Shown: piece by piece, positions 1-15,019 of the stretch
Layout of the letters: every line of letters starts with the position of its first letter
How positions within the stretch are numbered: the first letter of the stretch is position 1
Source: Eledone cirrhosa
Taxonomy: Eukaryota
Reading direction: 5' to 3'
Length of the DNA: 64,000 nt
Assembly (NCBI GenBank): GCA_964016885.1
Contig: OZ024742.1
Location: 8,990,001-9,054,000 of the forward strand
Position numbers and translations under genes: made by a program
Notes under the pieces: model-generated
Told to the model about the DNA's origin: nothing
The model's database searches: none
The model's input: only the letters and a program-made list of their open reading frames with translations

Positions 1-929
1 TACAGTATCACATATATATAGAGACAGACAACACAGTATTGGCAACTGTATCACATAAATATAGAGACAGACAACACAGTATTGGCTACAGTATCACATA
101 TATATATATAGACAGACAACACTATTGGCTACAGTATCTCATATATATAGAGACAGACAACACAGTATTGGCTACAGTATCACATATATATAGAGACAGA
201 CAACACAGTATTGGCTACACTATCACATATATATAGAGACAGACAACACAGTATTGGCTACAGTATCACATATATATAGAGACAGACAACACAGTATTGG
301 TTACAGTATAACATATATATAGAGACAGACAACACGGTATTGGCTACAGTATCACATATATATAGAGACAGACAACACAGTATTGGCTACAGTAATACAT
401 ATATATAGAGACAGACAACACGGTATTGGCTACAGTATCACATATATATATAGAGACAGACATCACAGTATTGGCTACAGTATCACATATATATAGAGAC
501 AGACAACACAGTATTGGCTACAGTATCACATATATATAGAGACAGACAACACAGTATTGGCTACAGTATCACATATATATAGAGACAGACATCACAGTAT
601 TGGCTACAGTATCACATATATATAGAGCCAGACAACACAGTATTGGCTACAGTATCACATATATATAGAGACAGACAACACAGTATTGGCTACAGTATCA
701 CATATATATAGAGACAGACATCACAGTATTGGCTACAGTATCACATATATATAGAGACAGACAACACAGTATTGGCTACAGTATCACATATATATAGACA
801 CAGACAACACAGTATTGGCTACAGTATCACATATATATAGAGCCAGACAACACAGTATTGGCTAGAGTATAACATATATATAGAGACAGACAACACAGTA
901 TTGGCTACATTATCACATATATATAGAGA

Positions 930-1340
930 CAGACAACACAGTATTGGCTAGAGTATCACATATATATAGAGCCAGACAACACAGTATTGGCTAGAGTATC
1001 ACATATATATAGAGACAGACAACACAGTATTGGCTAGAGTATAACATATATATAGAGACAGACAACACAGTATTGGCTACAGTATCACATATATATAGAG
1101 ACAGACAACACAGTATTGGCTAGAGTATCACATATATATAGAGCCAGACAACACAGTATTGGCTAGAGTATCACATATATATAGAGACAGACAACACAGT
1201 ATTGGCTAGAGTATAACATATATATAGAGACAGACAACACAGTATTGGCTACAGTATCACATATATATAGAGACAGACAACACAGTATTGGCTAGAGTAT
1301 AACATATATATAGAGCCAGACAACACAGTATTGGCTAGAG
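930..1340. repeat. Short 4-monomer (172 bp) higher-order repeat
   Basis: The GAGCC variant has its GCC at 971, 1143 and 1315 (172-bp spacing), with a largely repeating TAGAG/TATAAC pattern in between. Confidence 0.7.
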
Positions 1341-4300
1341 TATCACATATATATAGAGACAGACAACACAGTATTGGCTACAGTATCACATATATATAGA
1401 GACAGACAACACAGTATTGGCTACAGTATCACATATATATAGAGACAGACAACACAGTATTGGCTACAGTATCACATATATATAGAGACAGACAACAGAG
1501 TATTGGCTACAGTATCACATATATATAGAGACAGACAACACAGTATTGGCTACAGTATCACATACATATAGAGACAGACAACACAGTATTGGCTACAGTA
1601 TCACATATATATAGAGACAGAAAACTCAGTATTGGCTACAGTATCACATATATATAGAGACAGACAACACAGTATTGGCTAGAGTATCACATATATATAG
1701 AGACAGACAACACAGTATTGGCTACAGTATCACATATATATAGAGACAGACAACTCAGTATTGGCTACAGTATCACATATATATAGAGACAGACAACACA
1801 GTATTGGCTACAGTATCACATATATATAGAGACAGACAACACAGTATTGGCTACAGTATCACATATATATAGAGACAGACAACACAGTATTGGCTAGAGT
1901 ATCACATGTATATAGAGACAGACAACACGGTATTGGCTACAGTATCACATATATATTGAGACAGACAACACAGTATTGGCTACAGTATCACATATATATA
2001 GAGACAGACAACACAGTATTGGCTAGAGTATCACATATATATAGAGACAGACAACACAGTATTGGCTACAGTATCACATATATATAGAGACAGACAACAC
2101 AGTATTGGCTACAGTATCACATATATATAGAGACAGACAACACAGTATTGGCTACAGTATAACATATATATAGAGACAGACAACACAGTATTGGCTACAG
2201 TATCTCATATATATAGAGACAGACAACACAGTATTGGCTAGAGTATCACATATATATAGAGACAGACACCACAGTATTGGCTAGAGTATCACATATATAT
2301 AGAGACAGGCAACACAGTATTGGCTACAGTATCACATATATATAGAGACAGACAACACAGTATTAGCTAGAGTATCACATATATATAGAGACAGACAACA
2401 CAGTATTGGCTAGAGTATAACATATATATAGAGACAGACAACACAGTATTGGCTAGAGTATCACATATATATAGAGCCAGACAACACAGTATTGGCTACA
2501 GTATCACATATATATAGAGACAGACAACACAGTATTGGCTAGAGTATCACATATATATAGAGACAGACAACACAGTATTGGCTACAGTATCACATATATA
2601 TAGAGACAGACAACACGATATTGGCTACAGTATCACATATATATAGAGACAGACAAGACAGTATTGGCTACAGTATCACATATATATAGAGACAGACATC
2701 ACAGTATTGGCTAGAGTATCACATATATATAGAGACAGACAACACAGTATTGGCTACAGTATCTCATATATATAGACAGACAACACAGTATTGGCTACAG
2801 TATCACATATATATAGAGACAGACAACACAGTATTGGCTACAGTATCTCATATATATAGAGACAGACAACACAGTATTGGCTACAGTATCACATATATAT
2901 AGAGACAGAAAACTCAGTATTGGCTACAGTATCACATATATATAGAGACAGACAACACAGTATTGGCTAGAGTATCACATATATATAGAGACAGACAACA
3001 CAGTATTGGCTACAGTATCACATATATATAGAGACAGACAACTCAGTATTGGCTACAGTATCACATATATATAGAGACAGACAACACAGTATTGGCTACA
3101 GTATCACATATATATAGAGACAGACAACACAGTATTGGCTAGAGTATAACATATATATAGAGCCAGACAACACAGTATTGGCTACAGTATCACATATATA
3201 TAGAGACAGACAACACAGTATTGGCTAGAGTATCACATATATACAGAGACAGACAACACAGTATTGACTACAGTATCACATATATATAGAGACAGACAAC
3301 ACAGTATTGGCTACAGTATCACATATATATAGAGACAGACAACTCAGTATTGGCTACAGTATCACATATATATAGAGACAGACAACACAGTATTGACTAC
3401 AGTATCACATATATATAGAGACAGACAACACAGTATTGGCTACAGTATCACATATATATAGAGACAGACAACACAGTATTGGCTACAGTATCACATATAT
3501 ATAGAGACAGACAACACAGTATTGGCTACAGTATAACATATATATAGAGACAGACAACACAGTATTGGCTACAGTATCTCATATATATAGAGACAGACAA
3601 CACAGTATTGGCTACAGTATCACATATATATAGAGACAGACAACACAGTATTGGCTAGAGTATCACATATATATAGAGACAGACAACACAGTATTGGCTA
3701 CAGTATCACATATATATAGAGACAGACAACTCAGTATTGGCTACAGTATCACATGTATATAGAGACAGACAACACAGTATTGGCTACAGTATCTCATATA
3801 TATAGAGACAGACAACACAGTATTGGCTAGAGTATCACATATATATAGAGACAGACAACACAGTATTGGCTACAGTATCACATATATATAGAGACAGACA
3901 ACACATTATTGGCTACAGTATCACATATATATAGAGACAGACAACACACTATTGGCTACAGTATCACATATATAGAGAGACAGACAACACAGTATTGGCT
4001 ACAGTATCACATATATATAGAGACAGACAACACAGTATTGGCTACAGTATCACATGTATATAGAGACAGACAACACAGTATTGGCTAGAGTATCACATAC
4101 ATATAGAGAGAGACATCACAGTATTGGTTACAGTATCACATATATATTGAGACAGACAACACAGTATTGGCTAGAGTATCACATACATATAGAGACAGAC
4201 ATCACAGTATTGGCTACAGTATCACATATATATAGAGACAGACAACACAGTATTGGCTACAGTATCACATATATATAGAGACAGACAACACAGTATTGGC

Positions 4301-5399
4301 TAGAGTATCACATATATATAGAGACAGACAACACAGTATTGGCTACAATATCACATATATATAGAGACAGACAACACAGTATTGGCTACAGTATCACATA
4401 TATATAGAGACAGACAACACAGTATTGGCTACAGTATCACATATATATAGAGACAGACAACAGAGTATTGGCTACAGTATCACATATATATAGAGACAGA
4501 CAACACAGTATTGGCTACAGTATCACATATATATAGAGACAGACAACACACTATTGGCTACTGTATCAAATATATATAGAGACAGACAACACAGTATTGG
4601 CTACAGTATCACATATATATAGAGACAGACAACACAGTATTGGCTGCACTATCACATATATATAGAGACAGACAACAGAGTATTGGCTACAGTATCACAT
4701 ATATATAGAGACAGACAACACAGTATTGGCTAGAGTATCACATATATATAGAGACAGACAACACAGTATTGGCTAGAGTATAACATATATATAGAGACAG
4801 ACAACACAGTATTGGCTACAGTATCACATATATATAGAGACAGACAACACAGTATTGGCTAGAGTATAACATATATATAGAGCCAGACAACACAGTATTG
4901 GCTACAGTATCACATATATATAGAGACAGACAACACAGTATTGGCTAGAGTATAACATATATATAGAGCCAGACAACACAGTATTGGCTACAGTATCACA
5001 TATATATAGAGACAGACAACACAGTATTGGCTAGAGTATCACATATATACAGAGACAGACAACACAGTATTGACTACAGTATCACATATATATAGAGACA
5101 GACAACACAGTATTGGCTACAGTATCACATATAAATAGAGACAGATAACACAGTATTGGCTAGAGTATCACATATATATAGAGACAGACAACACAGTATT
5201 GGCTACAGTATCACATATATATAGAGACAGACAACACAGTATTGGCTACAGTATCTCATATATATAGAGACAGACAACACAGTATTGGCTACAGTATCAC
5301 ATATAAATAGAGACAGACAACACAGTATTGGCTAGAGTATAACATATATATAGAGACAGACAACACAGTATTGGCTAGAGTATCACATATATATAGAGA

Positions 5400-7340
5400 C
5401 AGACAACACAGTATTGGCTAGAGTATCACATATATATAGAGACAGACAACACAGTATTGGCTACAGTATCACATATAAATAGAGACAGGCAACACAGTAT
5501 TGGCTACAGTATCTCATATATATATAGAGACAGACAACACAGTATTGGCTAGAGTATCACATATATATAGAGACAGACAACACAGTATTGGCTACAGTAT
5601 CTCCTATATATAGAGACAGACAACACAGTATTGGCTAGAGTATAACATATATATAGAGCCAGACAACACAGTATTGGCTGCAGTATCACATATATATAGA
5701 GACAGACAACACAGTATTGGCTACAGTATCACATATATATATAGAGACAGACAACACAGTATTGGCTACAGTATGACATATATATAGAGACAGACAACAC
5801 AGTATTGGCTAGAGTATAACATATATATAGAGACAGACAACACAGTATTGGCTACAGTATCACATATATATAGAGACAGACAACTCAGTATTGGCTACAG
5901 TATCACATATATATAGAGACAGACAACACAGTATTGGCTACAGTATCTCATATATATAGAGACAGACAACACAGTATTGGCTAGAGTATCACATATATAT
6001 AGAGACAGACAACACAGTATTGGCTACAGTATCACATATATATAGAGACAGACAACACATTATTGGCTACAGTATCACATATATATAGAGACAGACAACA
6101 CACTATTGGCTACAGTATCACATATATAGAGAGACAGACAACACAGTATTGGCTACAGTATCACATATATATAGAGACAGACAACACAGTATTGGCTACA
6201 GTATCACATGTATATAGAGACAGACAACACAGTATTGGCTAGAGTATCACATACATATAGAGAGAGACATCACAGTATTGGTTACAGTATCACATATATA
6301 TTGAGACAGACAACACAGTATTGGCTAGAGTATCACATACATATAGAGACAGACATCACAGTATTGGCTACAGTATCACATATATATAGAGACAGACAAC
6401 ACAGTATTGGCTAGAGTATCACATATATATAGAGACAGACAACACAGTATTGGCTACAGTATCACATATAAATAGAGACAGGCAACACAGTATTGGCTAC
6501 AGTATCTCATATATATATAGAGACAGACAACACAGTATTGGCTAGACTATCACATATATATAGAGACAGACAACACAGTATTGGCTACAGTATCTCCTAT
6601 ATATAGAGACAGACAACACAGTATTGGCTAGAGTATAACATATATATAGAGCCAGACAACACAGTATTGGCTGCAGTATCACATATATATAGAGACAGAC
6701 AACACAGTATTGGCTACAGTATCACATATATATATAGAGACAGACAACACAGTATTGGCTACAGTATGACATATATATAGAGACAGACAACACAGTATTG
6801 GCTAGAGTATAACATATATATAGAGACAGACAACACAGTATTGGCTAGAGTATAACATATATATAGAGACAGACAACACAGTATTGGCTACAGTATCACA
6901 TATATATAGAGACAGACAACTCAGTATTGGCTACAGTATCACATATATATAGAGACAGACAACACAGTATTGGCTACAGTATCTCATATATATAGAGACA
7001 GACAACACAGTATTGGCTAGAGTATCACATATATATAGAGACAGACAACACAGTATTGGCTACAGTATCACATATATATAGAGACAGACAACACAGTATT
7101 GGCTACAGTATCACATGTATATAGAGACAGACAACACAGTATTGGCTAGAGTATCACATACATATAGAGAGAGACATCACAGTATTGGTTACAGTATCAC
7201 ATATATATTGAGACAGACAACACAGTATTGGCTAGAGTATCACATACATATAGAGACAGACATCACAGTATTGGCTACAGTATCACATATATATAGAGAC
7301 AGACAACACAGTATTGGCTACAGTATCACATATATATAGA
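5400..7340. repeat. Imperfect local duplication of a block of about 21-23 monomers
   Basis: The ordered variants ATAAAT+CAGGC, 45-bp TCTCA monomer, TCTCCT, CTGCAG, 45-bp monomer and TATGAC occur at about 5470-5780 and again at about 6465-6770. Landmark ORFs at 6208 and 7115 are 907 bp apart (21x43+4). Confidence 0.8.
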
Positions 7341-10300
7341 GACAGACAGCACAGTATTGGCTAGAGTATCACATATATATAGAGACAGACAACACAGTAT
7401 TGGCTACAGTGTCACATATATATAGAGACAGACAACACAGTATTGGCTACAGTATCACATATATATAGAGACAGACAACACAGTATTGGCTACAGTATCA
7501 CATATATATAGAGAGAGACAACAGAGTATTGGCTACAGTATCACATATATATAGAGACAGACAACACAATATTGGCTACAGTATCACATATATATAGAGA
7601 CAGACAACACACTATTGGCTACTGTATCAAATATATATAGAGACAGACAACACAGTATTGGCTACAGTATCACATATATATAGAGACAGACAACACAGTA
7701 TTGGCTACACTATCACATATATATAGAGACAGACAACAGAGTATTGGCTACAGTATCACATATATATAGAGACAGACAACACAGTATTGGCTAGAGTATC
7801 ACATATATATAGAGACAGACAACACAGTATTTGCTACAGTATCTCATATATATATAGAGACAGACAACACAGTATTGGCTAGAGTTTAACATATATATAG
7901 CGACAGACAACTCAGTATTGGCTACAGTATCACATATTTGTCGAGACAGACAACACAGTATTGGCTACAGTATCACATATATATAGAGACAGACAACACA
8001 GTATTGGCTAGAGTATCACATATATATAGAGCCAGACAACACAGTATTGGCTAGAGTATCACATATATATAGAGACAGACAACACAGTATTGGCTGCAGT
8101 ATCACATATATATAGAGACAGACAACACATTATTGGCTACAGTATAACATATATATAGAGACAGACAACACAGTATTGGCTAGAGTATCACATATATATA
8201 GAGACAGACAACACAGTAATGGCTACAGTATCTCATATATATAGAGACAGACAACACAGTATTGGCTAGAGTATCACATATATATAGAGACAGACAACAC
8301 AGTATTGGCTACAGTATCTCCTATATATAGAGACAGACAACACAGTAATGGCTACAGTATCACATATATATAGAGACAGACAACACAGTATTGGCTAGAG
8401 TATAACATATATATAGAGACAGACAACACAGTATTGGCTACAGTATAACATATATATAGAGACAGACAACACAGTATTGGCTAGAGTATCACATATATAT
8501 AGAGACAGACAACACAGTATTGGCTGCAGTATCACATATATATAGAGACAGACAACACAGTATTGGCTACAGTATCTCCTATATATAGAGACAGACAACA
8601 CAGTAATGGCTACAGTATCACATATATATAGAGACAGACAACACAGTATTGGCTAGAGTATCACATATATATAGAGACAGACAACACAGTATTGGCTAGA
8701 GTATAACATATATATAGAGACAGACAACACAGTATTGGCTAGAGTATCACATATATATAGAGACAGACAACACAGTATTGGCTAAAGTATCACATATATA
8801 TAGAGACAGACAACACAGTATTGGCTACAGTATCACATATATATAGAGACAGACAACACAGTATCGCCTACAGTATCACATATATATATAGAGACAGACA
8901 ACACATTATTGGCTACAGTATCACATATATATAGAGACAGACAACACAGTATTGGCTAGAGTATAACATATATATAGAGACAGACAACACAGTATTGGCT
9001 AGAGTATAACATATATATAGAGCCAGACAACACAGTATTGGCTGCAGTATCACATATATATAGAGACAGACAACACAGTATTGGCTCCAGTATCACATAT
9101 ATATAGAGACAGACAACACAGTATTGGCTACAGTATCACATATATATAGAGACAGACAACACAGTATTGGCTAGAGTATCACATATATATAGAGACAGAC
9201 AACACAGTATTGGCTACAGTATCACACATATATAGAGACAGACAACTCAGTATTGGCTACAGTATCACATATATATAGAGACAGACAACACAGTATTGGC
9301 TACAGTATCTCATACATATAGAAACAGACAACACAGTATTGGCTAGAGTATCACATATATATAGAGACAGACAACACAGTATTGGCTACAGTATCACATA
9401 TATATAGAGACAGACAACACATTATTGGCTACAGTATCACATATATATAGAGACAGACAACACAGTATTGGCTACAGTATCACATATATATAGAGACAGA
9501 CAACACAGTATTGGCTAGAGTATCACATATATATAGAGACAGACAACACAGTATTGGCTACAGTATCACATGTATATAGAGACAGACAACACAGTATTGG
9601 CTAGAGTATCACATACATATAGAGAGAGACATCACAGTATTGGTTACAGTATCACATATATATTGAGACAGACAACACAGTATTGGCTAGAGTATCACAT
9701 ACATATAGAGACAGACATCACAGTATTGGCTACAGTATCACATATATATAGAGACAGACAACACAGTATTGGCTACAGTATCACATATATATAGAGACAG
9801 ACAGCACAGTATTGGCTAGAGTATCACATATATATAGAGGCAGACAACACAGTATTGGCTACAGTGTCACATATATATAGAGACAGACAACACAGTATTG
9901 GCTACAGTATCACATATATATAGAGACAGACAACACAGTATTGGCTACAGTATCACATATATATAGAGAGAGACAACAGAGTATTGGCTACAGTATCACA
10001 TATATATAGAGACAGACAACACAATATTGGCTACAGTATCACATATATATAGAGACAGACAACACACTATTGGCTACTGTATCAAATATATATAGAGACA
10101 GACAACACAGTATTGGCTACAGTATCACATATATATAGAGACAGACAACACAGTATTGGCTACACTATCACATATATATAGAGACAGACAACAGAGTATT
10201 GGCTACAGTATCACATATATATAGAGACAGACAACACAGTATTGGCTAGAGTATCACATATATATAGAGACAGACAACACAGTATTTGCTACAGTATCTC

Positions 10301-11400
10301 ATATATATATAGAGACAGACAACACAGTATTGGCTAGAGTTTAACATATATATAGCGACAGACAACTCAGTATTGGCTACAGTATCACATATATGTCGAG
10401 ACAGACAACACAGTATTGGCTACAGTATCACATATATATAGAGACAGACAACACAGTATTGGCTAGAGTATCACATATATATAGAGCCAGACAACACAGT
10501 ATTGGCTAGAGTATCACATATATATAGAGACAGACAACACAGTATTGGCTGCAGTATCACATATATATAGAGACAGACAACACAGTATTGGCTACAGTAT
10601 AACATATATATAGAGACAGACAACACAGTATTGGCTAGAGTATCACATATATATAGAGACAGACAACACAGTAATGGCTACAGTATCTCATATATATAGA
10701 GACAGACAACACAGTATTGGCTAGAGTATCACATATATATAGAGACAGACAACACAGTATTGGCTACAGTATCTCCTATATATAGAGACAGACAACACAG
10801 TAATGGCTACAGTATCACATATATATAGAGACAGACAACACAGTATTGGCTAGAGTATAACATATATATAGAGACAGACAACACAGTATTGGCTACAGTA
10901 TAACATATATATAGAGACAGACAACACAGTATTGGCTAGAGTATCACATATATATAGAGACAGACAACACAGTATTGGCTGCAGTATCACATATATATAG
11001 AGACAGACAACACAGTATTGGCTACAGTATCTCCTATATATAGAGACAGACAACACAGTAATGGCTACAGTATCACATATATATAGAGACAGACAACACA
11101 GTATTGGCTAGAGTATCACATATATATAGAGACAGACAACACAGTATTGGCTAGAGTATAACATATATATAGAGACAGACAACACAGTATTGGCTAGAGT
11201 ATCACATATATATAGAGACAGACAACACAGTATTGGCTAAAGTATCACATATATATAGAGACAGACAACACAGTATTGGCTACAGTATCACATATATATA
11301 GAGACAGACAACACAGTATCGCCTACAGTATCACATATATATATAGAGACAGACAACACATTATTGGCTACAGTATCACATATATATAGAGACAGACAAC
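7090..11400. repeat. 57-monomer (2455 bp) higher-order duplication
   Basis: ORF pairs 7115/9570 and 8395/10850 are both offset by 2455 (57x43+4). Shared private variants GACAGCAC, GTGTCAC, GTTTAAC, GTCGAG, TAATGG and TATCGCCT occur in the same order. Confidence 0.92.
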
Positions 11401-13480
11401 ACAGTATTGGCTACAGTATCACATATATATAGAGCCAGACAACACAGTATTGGCTACAGTATCACATATATATAGAGACAGAGAACACAGTATTGGCTAG
11501 AGTATCACATATATACAGAGACAGACAACACAGTATTGACTACAGTATCACATATATATAGAGCCAGACAACACAGTATTGGCTACAGTATCACATATAT
11601 ATATAGACAGACAACACAGTATTGGCTACAGTATCACATATATATAGAGCCAGACAACACAGTATTGGCTCCAGTATCACATATATATAGAGACAGACAA
11701 CACAGTATTGGCTCCAGTATCACATATATATAGAGACAGACAACACAGTATTGGCTACAGTATCACATATATATAGAGACAGACAACACAGTATTGGCTA
11801 GAGTATCACATATATATAGAGACAGACAACACAGTATTTGCTACAGTATCTCATATATATATAGAGACAGACAACACAGTATTGGCTAGAGTTTAACATA
11901 TATATAGCGACAGACAACTCAGTATTGGCTACAGTATCACATATATGTCGAGACAGACAACACAGTATTGGCTACAGTATCACATATATATAGAGACAGA
12001 CAACACAGTATTGGCTAGAGTATCACATATATATAGAGCCAGACAACACAGTATTGGCTAGAGTATCACATATATATAGAGACAGACAACACAGTATTGG
12101 CTGCAGTATCACATATATATAGAGACAGACAACACAGTATTGGCTACAGTATAACATATATATAGAGACAGACAACACAGTATTGGCTAGAGTATCACAT
12201 ATATATAGAGACAGACAACACAGTAATGGCTACAGTATCTCATATATATAGAGACAGACAACACAGTATTGGCTAGAGTATCACATATATATAGAGACAG
12301 ACAACACAGTATTGGCTACAGTATCTCCTATATATAGAGACAGACAACACAGTAATGGCTACAGTATCACATATATATAGAGACAGACAACACAGTATTG
12401 GCTAGAGTATAACATATATATAGAGACAGACAACACAGTATTGGCTACAGTATAACATATATATAGAGACAGACAACACAGTATTGGCTAGAGTATCACA
12501 TATATATAGAGACAGACAACACAGTATTGGCTGCAGTATCACATATATATAGAGACAGACAACACAGTATTGGCTACAGTATCTCCTATATATAGAGACA
12601 GACAACACAGTAATGGCTACAGTATCACATATATATAGAGACAGACAACACAGTATTGGCTAGAGTATCACATATATATAGAGACAGACAACACAGTATT
12701 GGCTAGAGTATAACATATATATAGAGACAGACAACACAGTATTGGCTAGAGTATCACATATATATAGAGACAGACAACACAGTATTGGCTAAAGTATCAC
12801 ATATATATAGAGACAGACAACACAGTATTGGCTACAGTATCACATATATATAGAGACAGACAACACAGTATTGGCTAGAGTATCACATATATATAGAGAC
12901 AGACAACACAGTATTTGCTACAGTATCTCATATATATATAGAGACAGACAACACAGTATTGGCTAGAGTTTAACATATATATAGCGACAGACAACTCAGT
13001 ATTGGCTACAGTATCACATATATGTCGAGACAGACAACACAGTATCGCCTACAGTATCACATATATATATAGAGACAGACAACACATTATTGGCTACAGT
13101 ATCACATATATATAGAGACAGACAACACAGTATTGGCTACAGTATCACATATATATAGAGCCAGACAACACAGTATTGGCTACAGTATCACATATATATA
13201 GAGACAGAGAACACAGTATTGGCTAGAGTATCACATATATACAGAGACAGACAACACAGTATTGACTACAGTATCACATATATATAGAGCCAGACAACAC
13301 AGTATTGGCTACAGTATCACATATATATATAGACAGACAACACAGTATTGGCTACAGTATCACATATATATAGAGCCAGACAACACAGTATTGGCTCCAG
13401 TATCACATATATATAGAGACAGACAACACAGTATTGGCTCCAGTATCACATATATATAGAGACAGACAACACAGTATTGG
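10210..13480. repeat. Further partial copies at 1552 bp (36 monomers) and 1726 bp (40 monomers) offsets
   Basis: ORFs 10850/12402 are offset 1552 (36x43+4). ORFs 11536/13262 are offset 1726 (40x43+6). The copies share GTCGAG, TAATGG, GAGAAC, TTGACT and GGCTCCAG variants. Confidence 0.85.
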
Positions 13481-15019
13481 CTACAGTATCACATATATAT
13501 AGAGACAGACAACACAGTATTGGCTCCAGTATCACATATATATAGAGACAGACAACACAGTATTGGCTAGAGTATCTCATTTATATAGAGACAGACAACA
13601 CAGTATTGGCTACAGTATCTCATATATATAGAGACAGACAACACAGTATTGGCTAGAGTATCACATATATATAGAGACAGACAACACAGTATGGGCTACA
13701 GTATCACATATATATAGAGACAGACAACACAGTATTCGCTACAGTATCACATATATATAGAGACAGACAACACAGTATTGGCTACAGTATCACATATATA
13801 TAGAGACAGACAACACAGTATTGGCAAGAGTATCACATATATATAGAGACAGACAACACACTATTGGCTACTGTATCAAATATATATAGAGACAGACAAC
13901 ACAGTATTGGCTACAGTATCACATATATATAGAGACAGACAACACAGTATTGGCTACAGTATCACATATATATAGAGACAGACAACACAGTATTGGCTAC
14001 ACTATCACATATATATAGAGACAGACAACAGAGTATTGGCTACAGTATCACATATATATAGAGACAGACAACACAGTATTGGCTAGAGTATCACATATAT
14101 ATAGAGACAGACAACACAGTATTTGCTACAGTATCTCATATATATATAGAGACAGACAACACAGTATTGGCTAGAGTATCACATATATATAGAGACAGAC
14201 AACACAGTATTGGCTACAGTATCTCCTATATATAGAGACAGACAACACAGTATTGGCTAGAGTATAACATATATATAGAGCCAGACAACACAGTATTGGT
14301 TAGAGTATAACAAATATATAGAGCCAGAAAACACAGTATTGGCTAGAGTATAACATATATATAGAGACAGACAACACAGTATTGGCTAGAGTATAACATA
14401 TATATAGAGCCAGACAACACAGTATTGGCTACAGTATCACATATATATAGAGACAGACAACACAGTATTGGCTACAGTATCACATATATATAGAGACAGA
14501 CAACACAGTATTGGCTACAGTATAACATATATATAGAGACAGACAACACAGTATTGGCTACAGTATCTCATATATATAGAGACAGACAACACAGTATTGG
14601 CTACAGTATCACATATATATAGAGACAGACAACACAGTATTGGCTAGAGTATCACATATATATAGAGACAGACAACACAGTATTGGCTACAGTATCACAT
14701 ATATATAGAGACAGACAACTCAGTACTGGATACAGTCTCACATATATATAGAGACAGACAACACAGTATTGGCTACAGTATCTCATATATATAGAGACAG
14801 ACAACACAGTATTGGCTAGAGTATCACATATATATAGAGACAGACAACACAGTATTGGCTACAGTATCACATATATATAGAGACAGACAACACATTATTG
14901 GCTACAGTATCACATATATATAGAGACAGACAACACACTATTGGCTACAGTATCACATATATAGAGAGACAGACAACACAGTATTGGCTACAGTATCACA
15001 TATATATAGAGACAGACAA

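Noticed and set aside
9-20. Z-DNA from the alternating purine-pyrimidine tract CACATATATATA
   Set aside because: The tract is only 12 bp and mostly AT steps, which are poor Z-DNA formers.
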